Shown: in pieces, positions 43,536 to 53,844 of the stretch | Layout of the letters: every line of letters starts with the position of its first letter | How positions within the stretch are numbered: position 1 is the first letter of the stretch | Origin: Spirochaetota bacterium | Lineage (GTDB): Bacteria > Spirochaetota > Spirochaetia > Treponematales > UBA12059 | DNA: 64,000 nt | NCBI GenBank assembly: GCA_031402655.1 | Contig: JANNSO010000038.1 | Span: 17,260 to 81,259, forward strand | Reading direction: 5' to 3' | Program-made: the position numbers and the translations under genes | Notes under the pieces: model-generated | Told to the model about the DNA's origin: nothing | Databases searched by the model: none | What the model saw: only the letters and a program-made list of their open reading frames with translations

Positions 43536-44498
43536 TTAGCGCAGCACCGTCATGGGATTGACTGCGGAGCCGTATTTACTTACCGAGAAATGCAGGTGCG
43601 GCCCCGTGCTGTAACCGGTATTTCCCACAAGCCCGATAACCGTAGCCGTACTCACGCGCGCTCCGGGCTGGGTCATTATCTTGGACAGGTGAGCATAGAG
43701 CGATGAGTAGCCTGAGTGATGGGAGATAACGATATAATTTCCAGTGCTGGTGGAATACCCGGTGGCCGAGACGACCCCTTCCATGGCGGCATGGATTCTC
43801 GTGCCGATGGAAGAGCCGATATCCAGACCGCCGTGATAGGAACGCGTGCTCGTGAACGGATCTTTCCGCCAGCCAAACCAGCTTGTTATATAGCCGCGGA
43901 TCGGCCAGATAAAAAGGTCGCCGTTTATCTCGCGGAGCGCCCAGCTGGACAGCCTCGCATCCGGCAGGAATACCGTAATTCCCGCAGGCAAGTGCGTAGA
44001 ATCAAGGTAGTTTATCTCCGTGACGCGGGCGGGGGAAATACTGTAGGTGGCGGCTATCGCGTCTACCGTGTCGCCTTCCTTGGTTTTGTAGAGGATGCCG
44101 TTCATTGTGGGCACTTTAAGGAGCTTGCCGATGGCCAGGGAGCGCGAATTGCGTATGTCGTTAAAAGTAATGATGGTGTCCGGCGTTACGTCGAAAGTAT
44201 CGGCGATCTGAGAGACGGTATCGCCCTTGCGGACCCGGTACGCGGTGTAAAACAAGCCTTCGTCGGGAGGAGCCAGCTCGTCGGCGCTGGCGATTCCCGC
44301 CGAGGCCTCGAGCGCCGCCAGATCATCCTGATTGACATTTCCCATCGAAGAAAAAGAAGCGGAAGCAGAAGTGCCGGTCGAGCCTATAAAAAAGAAAACG
44401 AGAATTATAGAGCTTAAGATAACGAAAAAACCGCGTCTCGTGGTTATGCGTACGAGCAGTTCTTCTTTTTGGTTTTCGCAACGCCTGTTAATCAACAC
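43536..44498 (-). CDS. M23 peptidase with two LysM domains
   Basis: LysM motifs are YRVRKGDTVSQIADTF and YKTKEGDTVDAIAATYSI. The M23 core is HGGLDIG...GNYIVISHHSGYSSLYAHLS...GNTGYSTGPHLHF. Confidence 0.9.
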   Translation of the reverse strand: MLINRRCENQKEELLVRITTRRGFFVILSSIILVFFFIGSTGTSASASFSSMGNVNQDDLAALEASAGIASADELAPPDEGLFYTAYRVRKGDTVSQIADTFDVTPDTIITFNDIRNSRSLAIGKLLKVPTMNGILYKTKEGDTVDAIAATYSISPARVTEINYLDSTHLPAGITVFLPDARLSSWALREINGDLFIWPIRGYITSWFGWRKDPFTSTRSYHGGLDIGSSIGTRIHAAMEGVVSATGYSTSTGNYIVISHHSGYSSLYAHLSKIMTQPGARVSTATVIGLVGNTGYSTGPHLHFSVSKYGSAVNPMTVLR

Positions 44499-44581
44499 GA
44501 TCTCCGTTCAGGTTTTTGATACTATACCACTTGCCCGATCTTGTAAACCGGAAATTGCATCCGAGGATTTCCAACGGCCTG

Positions 44582-45832
44582 TTAATGCGGAAGAATGATG
44601 ACGCTCACCGATACGCCCAGCGATGCGGCTTTTTTTTCTACCAGGGCCCTGTCTATTTTTGCCCGTGGAATGGGATGGGGAGGCGCATCGCCTATCAGCA
44701 CGATAAGCTTGGAAGCGGCCAGCCAGTCGTAACCGCTGAGCGCTTCGTACAGGGCCTCATACACGGCCTCCGGAATATCACGGCCACCCTGAACCCGAAT
44801 CTTGCTCAGCGTGGAATTAAATGCCTCGGGATCCAGGGTAAATGGCGTTTTTTGCACCACGTAATCCTCAAAATAGTCCTTGTAGGCAACCAGCCCCAGG
44901 CGGAAAGACCGGAAGCGGGCCGTTTTCTCGCGCAGCATTGGAGGCAGGCTCGTCTTGATGGCGTCGATATCGTCCGCCATGGATTCCGTAGTGTCCAGGC
45001 AAATTACCAAATCCACGGAAGGTCCGGGGATGGAGTCCAGGATGCGCGCCAACGCGGGAATAATGTCGTTTTTGCCTACCGAGTATTCGGTAGTACCCTT
45101 GCTGGTATCCGCAAGAGAGCTGAAAGCGCTTACCGTTTCCGGCATATACAGGCTTAAGTCGCGGGGTGGAGCCTGCGGTGGCTCGGGCTTTGGAGCAGTA
45201 GCAGCTGCCGCGAGTACCGGCGGCGGCGGGGTTATAGGCGGCGCGCTTACCGGGGAGAGCACAGGCTTTACCGGCTCCGGCGTTTTAGCCGCAGGCCGCT
45301 CGAAAGGCGCTTGGGTAACCGAAATTCTATAGGGGTTCTCGAAGAAACTGCCGGCGTAATTTGCATAGGGCTTGGCAAACGTCCGGATATTGATAAAGGT
45401 GCCGTCGGCCAGAAACGTGCGGCCGTTCCGGCTCCACGAATATCCCCAGGCCACTACCCAGGGAATAAATATGTGAAACGCCTGCCCAAACTGGGTGTCG
45501 CTCTCCGCGCTTGAATCGATGAGCGAGAACAAGTGCTGGTCCTTGTCGATAAACGAGCCGTCCAGCATGCGCCGCTCGTCGCCGTTTACCGCATTATAGC
45601 TTTCCGCGCGATACGCGTAGTTGTCTTTCTTGCCTGAAGGATCCTTCGTGGTCTCGGTAAGCAGCACGCTGCCCATTCCCGCCTTTGCACGGATAAATAA
45701 ATGATAACCGCCGTCGCTTCTCTGCTCGATGCGCACGTCCACGGGCTTGACGCTCAAGTCCTGGGCCTCCGCGGAAAATACGGCGGCAAACAGGAGACAC
45801 ACAGCCAGTAAACGGGCAAATAAATTATTCAC
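44582..45832 (-). CDS. Secreted von Willebrand factor A domain protein
   Basis: I prefer GTG 45832, which gives the signal peptide (M)NNLFARLLAVCLLFAAVFSAEAQ. A Pro-rich linker follows, then the vWA MIDAS-type motif VDLVICLDTTESM. The track ORF extends to 45940. Confidence 0.7.
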   Translation of the reverse strand: MNNLFARLLAVCLLFAAVFSAEAQDLSVKPVDVRIEQRSDGGYHLFIRAKAGMGSVLLTETTKDPSGKKDNYAYRAESYNAVNGDERRMLDGSFIDKDQHLFSLIDSSAESDTQFGQAFHIFIPWVVAWGYSWSRNGRTFLADGTFINIRTFAKPYANYAGSFFENPYRISVTQAPFERPAAKTPEPVKPVLSPVSAPPITPPPPVLAAAATAPKPEPPQAPPRDLSLYMPETVSAFSSLADTSKGTTEYSVGKNDIIPALARILDSIPGPSVDLVICLDTTESMADDIDAIKTSLPPMLREKTARFRSFRLGLVAYKDYFEDYVVQKTPFTLDPEAFNSTLSKIRVQGGRDIPEAVYEALYEALSGYDWLAASKLIVLIGDAPPHPIPRAKIDRALVEKKAASLGVSVSVIILPH

Positions 45833-46002
45833 CTTGAAATTTTCGGCATAATACGGCAAGGATATTAGGAAATAACCGGAGGAATGTCCCCAAGAAAGCG
45901 TCCCAGGCGCCGGTATCGCTCTTTTACGGGAACGCCCCACCCGTCATTGTCGAATACAGGATTATCCAAGCGTCAGGTATCGAGGCGAGCCAGGCTGGCT
46001 GT

Positions 46003-47832
46003 TTAAGCCCCGGTGCCTTCATGGATTCGGGCATCGAGTGGCACTTCCGGATACTTCGCGGCTACGGCGAGAAAGCGGTCTAAATTCAGGAAAAGGAGAT
46101 CGACGAGTTCCGGATCGAACATCCTGCCTTTTTGGTCCCGGAAAAACTCGTAGATTCGCGGCAGTTCCCAGGCATCCTTGTAAATCCGCGTCATGGCTAG
46201 GGCGTCAAAAACGTCGCATACGCAGACTATTCGACCGGCAAGGGAAATAGTGGTGCCTACCATGCCTTGGGGATACCCTCCGCCGTCCCAGTGTTCGTGG
46301 TGCTCCAAGGCGATAAGCGCCGCAGTCTTGATGAGCGAGCGCTCCGATTTTGAGAGGATTTCATAACCTACCGTGGTGTGCGTGCGCATAAGTTCCATCT
46401 CGTCCGCGCTGAGGCTGCCGGGCTTGTTTAGAATTCCGTCGGGCACCACGATTTTGCCCAGGTCATGCATAGGCGCTGCGTCGGCTACGAGAGACACTTC
46501 CTCTGGCGCCAGTCCCCGGACTTCCGACATTATTCTGGCGTATTCCGCCACCCGGAGCACATGATTCGCGGTTTCCTTGCTCCGGCTCTCCACGAGCTCG
46601 GCCAGCGTCAGCATTATCTCGCGCTGGGTTCCGTGGATATTCTGGCCTGCGGAACGCAGCTTAGCCTCTGCCTGCCGGCTTTTGAGCACCTCGGCCTCCA
46701 GTGCTTCGGTTCTCTCGTGGATGCGTGATTCAAGAGCGTCGTTCCAGGTGTGCAAGGAGCGTTCAGCCTCCACGATATCGCTAATATCGCGAAGCACGAC
46801 AACCTTGCCTAAAACCGCCGCTTCCTGGCCGGGAGTGCCGTCGCTTTTTTCCAAGGTAGCGCAATCGAGCATAAAATGCTGCTGCCCCGGGCTTGAGCCC
46901 AGGCTTATCCTACATTCGCCCGAGCATTCCTGCAAAATTTCTTTGGCGTCCGAGGGCCACGACGAAAAAACACTTGAGACGGCGCTGCCCCGAAGGCGTC
47001 CCCGTCGGATTTTAAGCAAAGCACCCATTGCCCGATTGCAGTCTACGAGCACGCCATCGGTATCTATAACCATTACAGGATCATGGAGGCTTTCCACGAT
47101 CAAACGCCTGGCCAGGGGCAGTAAATTGAAGAGCCGATAGCGGAACAGAGCAAACGCAATGCAAATATTGGCAAGAACAAGCGTAAACGCCGAAAAATCC
47201 CTATGGCCTAAAATGCGAAGCCCGAGCATCGAACCCAGTATCCCCAGAACGGGAAACATGAATCCTATAGCCACCAGCGTGTGTTTTATCCTTGATGCAG
47301 CGTGTGATCTTGCCCCCTTGCGCAGCAATAGAAAGAGGCTCCAGAGCGAGATGGCGTAAAACAGCGTAAATATCAGCCAGTCCAGGAAGGTAAAATCATA
47401 GGCCAATTCCCCTTGCACAACAGAGCTGTCAAGATACGGGGAAGCGCGCACGAGGCCGTGAAGGCCATCTGTAAAGGAAAGCACGCTTATGGCAGCGATG
47501 ATAACGAGAAGCGCGGTAAGCTCCAGCGGTTTAAACGCTTTCGGGCAGCCTGTATACAATCGTGCGAAACCCAATAGAAAAACTGTGCAGGCCAGCGAAG
47601 GGGCAAACTGGACGGAGTCCCAAAACAACTTTCCCTGAATGTCCTGCGCCAGCAGTTCAAGGATGAATCCAACGATCCAGGCAGACTCGCAGAGAATGAG
47701 CCACAAAAACACGCGGACCTCCGGTCGCTTCCTGCCGGGAATAAAATTCAGCGCCAAAAGGAAACAGAGGAGAAGGCAGATCAGGTATGGTATCGTCGAG
47801 ATACGCAGCGGCCCAAAGTTAAGGGCGCTCAT
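46003..47832 (-). CDS. 7TM-PAS-HD-GYP signalling protein (paralogue 1)
   Basis: 609 aa with an N-terminal polytopic membrane region and a PAS-like segment. HD-GYP signatures are MHDLGKIVVP and HHEHWDGGGYPQGM. Confidence 0.85.
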   Translation of the reverse strand: MSALNFGPLRISTIPYLICLLLCFLLALNFIPGRKRPEVRVFLWLILCESAWIVGFILELLAQDIQGKLFWDSVQFAPSLACTVFLLGFARLYTGCPKAFKPLELTALLVIIAAISVLSFTDGLHGLVRASPYLDSSVVQGELAYDFTFLDWLIFTLFYAISLWSLFLLLRKGARSHAASRIKHTLVAIGFMFPVLGILGSMLGLRILGHRDFSAFTLVLANICIAFALFRYRLFNLLPLARRLIVESLHDPVMVIDTDGVLVDCNRAMGALLKIRRGRLRGSAVSSVFSSWPSDAKEILQECSGECRISLGSSPGQQHFMLDCATLEKSDGTPGQEAAVLGKVVVLRDISDIVEAERSLHTWNDALESRIHERTEALEAEVLKSRQAEAKLRSAGQNIHGTQREIMLTLAELVESRSKETANHVLRVAEYARIMSEVRGLAPEEVSLVADAAPMHDLGKIVVPDGILNKPGSLSADEMELMRTHTTVGYEILSKSERSLIKTAALIALEHHEHWDGGGYPQGMVGTTISLAGRIVCVCDVFDALAMTRIYKDAWELPRIYEFFRDQKGRMFDPELVDLLFLNLDRFLAVAAKYPEVPLDARIHEGTGA

Positions 47833-49616
47833 GATACACCTTCTTCAATATAAGAAGTGAATTGCAGGTCCGGGTACCGGGAGGCCAGCTCAAGGTATTT
47901 AGGCAAATCGCGGAGCAGCAGCGCCACGAGGCTGGGGTCGAACATTATCCCGCTTTTGCTGCGTATGAAGTCAAGGATTTCGTTCAACTCCCAGCCTTGT
48001 TTGTAGCTCCTGGCTACTGAAAGCGAGTCGAACACATCGCAGAGGCACACGATTCGCCCATAGAGCGATATGGCGGTTCCCGCCAGGCCTGCGGGATAGC
48101 CGGAGCCGTCCCAGTGTTCGTGATGCTCGAGGGCTATGTGCGCAGCCACCACAACCAGCGGTTTATCCGATTTTTTAAGAATCTCGTATCCGATCGCCGT
48201 ATGAGAGCGCATCAGAAGGGTTTCAGCCTCGCTCAGGGTTCCAAGTTTCGAAAGTATAAGATCGGGAATGCCTATCTTGCCGATATCGTGCATTGCGGAG
48301 GCATCGGCGAGAAGTTCGGACTCTGCTTCCGGCAAACCGCAGGCCCTGCCCAGGAGCCGGGCGAACTCCGATACCCTGGCAACATGCTGCGGCGTGTCGG
48401 AACCACGGCTCTCCACCAGCTCAGACAGGGTTACCATTATTTCCTTCTGCGTTTTTCCCATCTCGGCGTTGAGTTCCCGCAGCCTGGTCTCAATCCTGGT
48501 CCTGTGCTCCACTTCCCGCTGCAGTTCCGCCGAGCGCTCCGATACCCGATGCTCCAGTTCCATGCCCAGAAGCTTCAATTCCCGCTCTGCGCGCCTTACC
48601 AGACTCAGATCCCTGACTACGACTACCCTGCCGCCTAACAATCCTGCCAGGTGACGTGCCGCGATGCCTAGGTTAACCCTTGCCTCCCCGTCGCCTATCG
48701 CAATTTCGGCAGCAAAGCTACGACCCTCGATTACGGCAAGTCCTTCGGGCGGCCAGGAAGAAAAAAAAGAAACGGCGGGGCGTCCAATATCTTCTGGTTT
48801 TACAAAGGGGGAAATTGCAGCGAAAGCAGCGTTGTAATCCACAAGCCTTCCGTCTGCATCCACTACAAATACGGAATCCCGGATGCTCTCAACTATGGAT
48901 GAATGGGCGACGGGCAGCAAACCTATCAAGGGATGCCTAAAAATTCCCCAAGCGCAGAAAAGGTCGCCAATTGCCGTCCAAACTGGATTCAGTTCGTGAA
49001 ACCCGAAAATGGAAACCCCCACTATGCCCATGAGAGATCCAGCTAGAGGGATAGCCAGCCCGAAACACGCGAAAAAAGTATTAGCGCGGATTTCACCCCT
49101 GCTCTTCAAGGCAAAATGGAATAAGCCCAGGATTCCGACGGCTGCCATGAGCAGCGAAGGGGCAAGTATCGCAATAAGCACCGGTTTCATTGTGTAAACC
49201 AGTTGCTGGTACGGAAGCGTGCCTATAAGTTGGATTGAGTCCCGTGCCAGTCCATGCCAGGGATTTGTCAAGGCAAAACAAAAGGTTAGCAGAGGATAGT
49301 GAAGCAAAAAACTTGAAAGCAGCCTGTTTCCGGGAAACCATGTCTTACGGAAACGAAGCGAGTACGCAAGCGCAAAATAGGCTGCAAAGCCCGCCGGAAT
49401 AAATTGAAGGTCGTCGAAAAACAGTTTCAAGGATTGGGAGGCTGCAAAAAACTCGAAAATAACCAGCAGAGACCACATCGCCTGGGAAAAAAACATCAAA
49501 GCCAGTGCGTTTGAAGCACGGGATCTTGAGCGTGAGGCGATGAATATCCCCAGTATCATGGGTAGAAGCGTGCCCAAAACGGTTGGACCGATAATACTGG
49601 CAAAGGTTTCTTCCAT
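47829..49616 (-). CDS. 7TM-PAS-HD-GYP signalling protein (paralogue 2)
   Basis: 595 aa with the same architecture (MHDIGKIGIP, HHEHWDGSGYPAGL). Its stop overlaps the start of paralogue 1 (47829-47832). Confidence 0.85.
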   Translation of the reverse strand: MEETFASIIGPTVLGTLLPMILGIFIASRSRSRASNALALMFFSQAMWSLLVIFEFFAASQSLKLFFDDLQFIPAGFAAYFALAYSLRFRKTWFPGNRLLSSFLLHYPLLTFCFALTNPWHGLARDSIQLIGTLPYQQLVYTMKPVLIAILAPSLLMAAVGILGLFHFALKSRGEIRANTFFACFGLAIPLAGSLMGIVGVSIFGFHELNPVWTAIGDLFCAWGIFRHPLIGLLPVAHSSIVESIRDSVFVVDADGRLVDYNAAFAAISPFVKPEDIGRPAVSFFSSWPPEGLAVIEGRSFAAEIAIGDGEARVNLGIAARHLAGLLGGRVVVVRDLSLVRRAERELKLLGMELEHRVSERSAELQREVEHRTRIETRLRELNAEMGKTQKEIMVTLSELVESRGSDTPQHVARVSEFARLLGRACGLPEAESELLADASAMHDIGKIGIPDLILSKLGTLSEAETLLMRSHTAIGYEILKKSDKPLVVVAAHIALEHHEHWDGSGYPAGLAGTAISLYGRIVCLCDVFDSLSVARSYKQGWELNEILDFIRSKSGIMFDPSLVALLLRDLPKYLELASRYPDLQFTSYIEEGVS

Positions 49617-49703
49617 TATAATAATCCTTGCCGATAAACACTCAAGGTCAAGTCTAAACAGAAAAATGCCACTGTCAAGGGCGGTGGGAGAGCTTTGTGG
49701 AGA

Positions 49704-50957
49704 CTAACGCCCCGATTCTGCAACTTCTAAAGCGCTCCTATTGGTTTCAACCATTGTAGCGAATCCGCGATAACGTGCTTTTCGGGTTTCGGATGACTCA
49801 CCGACGAGTCCAAAAACCAGTTTTTGCCGTACAATGCGGCTCGCGGCGTCCCTGAGTCTTTCGAGGCTCAAAGAGCCATTATCAAGTGCCGCAAGTATCG
49901 CCAGTTGCACGGACCTGACGCTTACCCCGCCGCTAATCATTACCATATCGGTGCCTGCCGCTAGAGCAGCCACCACGCGGCCCTCGATGCTTCCCGCGGC
50001 GGAAAGCGCCTTCATGGCCACGTCATCCGACAGCACGATGCCCTCATAGCCAAGCTCGCCCTTGAGCAGCCCCTGTACAAGCGCCTGGGAAAGCGGAGCG
50101 GGATTCTCCTGATCGATGCAGGGCACCACGACGTGCGACAGCATGACAAGCGCGGGATTTGACTTGAGCGCCTGCCGAAAAGGGCGCAGATACAGTGACT
50201 CGAGCTCGCTGCTCTTTACGTTCAGCGAGGCCAGTGCGCTGTGAGGGTCCGCATCGGCGGTGCCGGGGAAATGCTTGGCTGCGCAGGCGGTACCGGCCTT
50301 CTGGCAGGCGGCAAGGTAGATACCCGCCAACTCGCCTGATCTTTCAGGATCCGCCGACCAGGCTCGCCAGCGAAGGAATTGCGCCGCGGGACCGGCTGCA
50401 GCCTCAACGACGGGAGCCAGGTTCATGCTGATACCCAGGGCTCGCAGCTCCTTCCCGGCGATGTTCCCGACCAGAGCCGCGCCTTTTTCTGCGTCGGCAC
50501 TCCCACCGATGCTTTGGGCGGAAGGCAGCATCGTAGGCCCAGACTTAAAACGGAAAACGGTTCCGCCCTCATGGTCTATCGCGATAAACGGATCCACTTC
50601 GGAAACCCGCGCCGCCGTGCAGATGGAATCGGTAAATGCCGCTACGACCTCAGTTGATGGATTGAGGTTGAAGCCAAAAAAAATAATGGCTCCCGGATGG
50701 AACGCCGTCAGTAAAGCCCTGGAGTTTTCCGACAGCGAGGCGGAACCGGAGAGCCCGACCATCAACACCTGAGCCGCAAGATCGGCCGTATCCATGGAAT
50801 CGACTATAGTGCTGGCCCGGGCTGCGAATTTCCCTCGCAGTTCGGGAGCGTTTCTTTCGCCCGGAGATTCCTTGCCATCGCGGGGAGTCTTGCACGAAAA
50901 AGCCAAGCTGAGAATCAGGGCTGGTAAAATACGGTAGGTGAAACCCGGTTTACGCAT
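49704..50957 (-). CDS. Glycoside hydrolase family 3 beta-N-acetylhexosaminidase-like lipoprotein (NagZ-like)
   Basis: Start taken at ATG 50957 (MRKPGFTYRILPALILSLAFSC lipobox), which lies downstream of the upstream gene's stop at 51031. GH3 motifs are IDHEGG and AKHFPGTADADPHS. Confidence 0.8.
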   Translation of the reverse strand: MRKPGFTYRILPALILSLAFSCKTPRDGKESPGERNAPELRGKFAARASTIVDSMDTADLAAQVLMVGLSGSASLSENSRALLTAFHPGAIIFFGFNLNPSTEVVAAFTDSICTAARVSEVDPFIAIDHEGGTVFRFKSGPTMLPSAQSIGGSADAEKGAALVGNIAGKELRALGISMNLAPVVEAAAGPAAQFLRWRAWSADPERSGELAGIYLAACQKAGTACAAKHFPGTADADPHSALASLNVKSSELESLYLRPFRQALKSNPALVMLSHVVVPCIDQENPAPLSQALVQGLLKGELGYEGIVLSDDVAMKALSAAGSIEGRVVAALAAGTDMVMISGGVSVRSVQLAILAALDNGSLSLERLRDAASRIVRQKLVFGLVGESSETRKARYRGFATMVETNRSALEVAESGR

Positions 50958-51030
50958 GCGGATTTTGTACCATGCAATAAACGAAAGAGCAAGGCTCGGC
51001 ATCGGGAATAATCGGCCTGCCCGTTTATTA

Positions 51031-52014
51031 CTAGGAGTTTTCCGAATCCAAGGCCAGCGTCTTTTCCATAAGGCCGAACAGATCCTCATCGTCCAGCTCC
51101 AGTGCGTGGGTCTTGCCTTCGGGCATTGCCAGAATGCGTTCTGCGGCGCGCGCGACTCCCCGCGAAAATGGCGATTCCGGGTGCGAGCGAAACAGCAGCT
51201 CACGCCGCCCCAGGGAGCGCGACACCTCGGGATCCCTCATTATATAGGCGATGTAATCCATGTTGACACCCAGATTTCTCGAAGATATTTCCCGAAGGCG
51301 CGTGGAAATACCCGCATCCTCCGGACCGCTGCCCATGTTGATAACGACGCGCGGACGAAGCGCGGATAGTTCCGCCAGAGCTTTTTCGCCCTTGCTGCCT
51401 GCTTCGAGGGAAAGCCTTTGCGCGAACTGCACGAAGGTCTCGCCCTGGCCTTCGGTTCTATTTACCACGAAATCGACTATTCGCGCGCGCTCGTCGCCCC
51501 CCCGCGAAAACGATCGGAACAGCATGCGAAACGCAGCGGTTTTAAGAAACGAATACGCATTGAGTATAGACGGTATCTCCGGGGCGGAGAGGAGGAGCCC
51601 GAACGGGGCCATGAGCCAAAAATCGATAATATTGTACGATGCTCCGGCGCCGAGGTCTACGATTACATAATCGGCCGTTATCTCCAGCAGCTCCTTCATG
51701 ATGCGCTTTTTTGTAAAAAAATCCAGGTTCGCCGTACCCGGCAAAAGATTGTCCCCGGGCACCAGGAAGAGCCTTTCCAGACTCGTGCCGATAATAAGCG
51801 CGCTGATGCTCTTCTCTTTTTTCCAAACAATAGAGCCTACGCCGGGGTGGGTATTGCGCACGCCCACCGTCGTATGCAGGTTAGCTCCGCCAAGGTCCAA
51901 GTCAACAAGCACCACCGTCTTGCCCGCCCGCGCAAGAGCCGCACCCAGATTGGCGGTAAAAACCGTTTTTCCCACGCCGCCTTTGCCGGATGCCACGGGT
52001 ATCAATATGGCCAC
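51031..52014 (-). CDS. MinD/ParA-family P-loop ATPase
   Basis: The deviant Walker A is ASGKGGVGKTVFTANLG, followed by VVLVDLDLGGANLH and VIVDLGAG. The 327-aa length includes a C-terminal extension. Confidence 0.85.
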   Translation of the reverse strand: MAILIPVASGKGGVGKTVFTANLGAALARAGKTVVLVDLDLGGANLHTTVGVRNTHPGVGSIVWKKEKSISALIIGTSLERLFLVPGDNLLPGTANLDFFTKKRIMKELLEITADYVIVDLGAGASYNIIDFWLMAPFGLLLSAPEIPSILNAYSFLKTAAFRMLFRSFSRGGDERARIVDFVVNRTEGQGETFVQFAQRLSLEAGSKGEKALAELSALRPRVVINMGSGPEDAGISTRLREISSRNLGVNMDYIAYIMRDPEVSRSLGRRELLFRSHPESPFSRGVARAAERILAMPEGKTHALELDDEDLFGLMEKTLALDSENS

Positions 52015-52311
52015 ATAGATCTCCTTGCGATATTGCTGACTCGAACTACGAACCCAGTCTAAGCCATTATACCCGTCAAATCAATAAAAATTATGAAGCA
52101 CCTAAAAAGTCGGCTTTTTCCAGGCGCTTCATTGCTTATTTGATCCGGGAATCCCACGCTCCGCTAAATCCCCATGGCTTTCACGGTTCTGAAATGCTTG
52201 AGATGAATCGCTACTTGTATTACAGTATGGGGAAGGATGAATAATCGAGATTGTTTATCCTTCCCGTAATTTCAAGGTCGGTTTGTGGGTTATCAGAGGT
52301 GCCCTATAAAA

Positions 52312-53844
52312 ATGAAACAATTCATGTGTACCTTGTGCCTTTTACTAAGTACGGCGTGGATACAGGCTACCGACGAACCGGTGCCCGATATCAAGACCGA
52401 AAGCATGGACCTGGCGGGAAATTCGGCGCTGCTCGTGCGCAGCAACACCAAAGAAGCCGACATATGGCTGGATATGTCGTTCAAGGGATCCGTCCCCGTG
52501 GACATGAACGGGCTCAAGCCGGGAAAGTACTCCCTGCTCCTGCAAAAAGACGGATACTACGACTGCACAATCATACTGACGCTGGCGGCGAATACAAGGA
52601 CGACCATTTGGGTGGACCTGCTGCTTAAAACAGGCTTTATCAAGCTCAGCACAAACGTCGGACATGCGTTTCTGCAGTACAAAAACGAGCGCTACGATGA
52701 AGGCCTCATCGAATTGCCTGCGGGCAGGCAGAGAGTAAGCATCCGCGCCTTTGGCTACGAGGACCATGAAGAGGAAGTATTCGTACCGCTGCGCTCCACG
52801 TATGAGATGTCCGTGATACTCGAAAAAGCACTGTTCGCCGCCTCGGGTTTCAGCGTAAGCTCAGACGATTTTAATCCCCGCAATTCCGGTCTCAAGGGCC
52901 AGGCATCATTTGCATTTTCGGTGACGGCACCGGGTTTTGCGCATCTTTCGATACGCGACGGAGCCGGTCTGCTGGTCTACGAAGAGCGATTCGGCCCCTT
53001 CGACACCTGGGAACAGGAAACATCCTGGGACGGCAAGGACATGGAAGCGCTGCAGGTTCCCGACGGCCTTTACAGCCTGGCGCTGTCCGTAGAACCTGGT
53101 CCTGGAATCGAAACGCAGAAAGATTTATTAACTTTCGACGGCTCCATAAGGGTTGACAGCACGATGATCCAGGTTCCCCGGGGCATGGCAGCCGTGCTGC
53201 CCGGCCCATCGCTGGGCTACGGCGGCTTCGTTCCGGGCATAAACTCCGCACAGGTATCCGGGGGCTTGCTGGCCACCGCCACCGGTTCGGAGGTCCCGCT
53301 GTTTCGCGCTGTCATGGGGGCCAGTGTTTCGCTCCGGGACAGCCTTGACGCGAGCATCAACCTCCAGCTGGGTACGGAGCCGGGCGACGGTATTTTCCGA
53401 GCAGGGCTCCGCTATGGATTAAGGCCTTCGGGATACTTTTCCTTCGGCGCCGCCGTGAACGGAACGGTCGCGTTCAATCCGCTCCTCCAAGCCTCGAACC
53501 TGCTGCTGGCCTTTCCGCTGACTTTCGGAACGCGCTTTATGCATGTCACCCTCAGTCCGGTTCTAGGCAGCTACTGGAATCCAGCCTGGACATGGCGGCT
53601 GGAAGGTTCCACCGCGCTGGTCTTGGCAAATTACAGCACCAGCGCCGAGCTTTCCCTGCGTTTGGTCTCCACGAATTTGGGAACCGAAACATTCGCCATG
53701 GACATGCCTGTGCTGCTGGCTCTGGACTTTGGCTACCTTCCCCCGTCGATGCCCCTGTCATTCGGCCTGCACGGACAATTGGGCTTAGACCAAAATTCTT
53801 TACGAAGCTGGGAAGCCGGCTTTTATATTGGAGCGTACTTTTGA
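52312..53844 (+). CDS. PEGA-domain / FlgD-Ig-like envelope protein with probable beta-barrel C-terminus
   Basis: Start taken at ATG 52312 (signal peptide MKQFMCTLCLLLSTAWIQA). PEGA-like repeats are LKPGKYSLLLQKDGYYD and LPAGRQRVSIRAFGYED. An Ig-like segment (DGLYSLALSV) is present, and the protein ends in ...GFYIGAYF. Confidence 0.65.
   Translation: MKQFMCTLCLLLSTAWIQATDEPVPDIKTESMDLAGNSALLVRSNTKEADIWLDMSFKGSVPVDMNGLKPGKYSLLLQKDGYYDCTIILTLAANTRTTIWVDLLLKTGFIKLSTNVGHAFLQYKNERYDEGLIELPAGRQRVSIRAFGYEDHEEEVFVPLRSTYEMSVILEKALFAASGFSVSSDDFNPRNSGLKGQASFAFSVTAPGFAHLSIRDGAGLLVYEERFGPFDTWEQETSWDGKDMEALQVPDGLYSLALSVEPGPGIETQKDLLTFDGSIRVDSTMIQVPRGMAAVLPGPSLGYGGFVPGINSAQVSGGLLATATGSEVPLFRAVMGASVSLRDSLDASINLQLGTEPGDGIFRAGLRYGLRPSGYFSFGAAVNGTVAFNPLLQASNLLLAFPLTFGTRFMHVTLSPVLGSYWNPAWTWRLEGSTALVLANYSTSAELSLRLVSTNLGTETFAMDMPVLLALDFGYLPPSMPLSFGLHGQLGLDQNSLRSWEAGFYIGAYF

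Noticed and set aside
52230-52265. Hairpin GGGAAGGAT-18 nt-ATCCTTCCC upstream of the PEGA gene
   Set aside because: It is a real 9-bp inverted repeat, but it has no U-run, no second copy and no recognisable riboswitch core. There is not enough evidence to assign a function.
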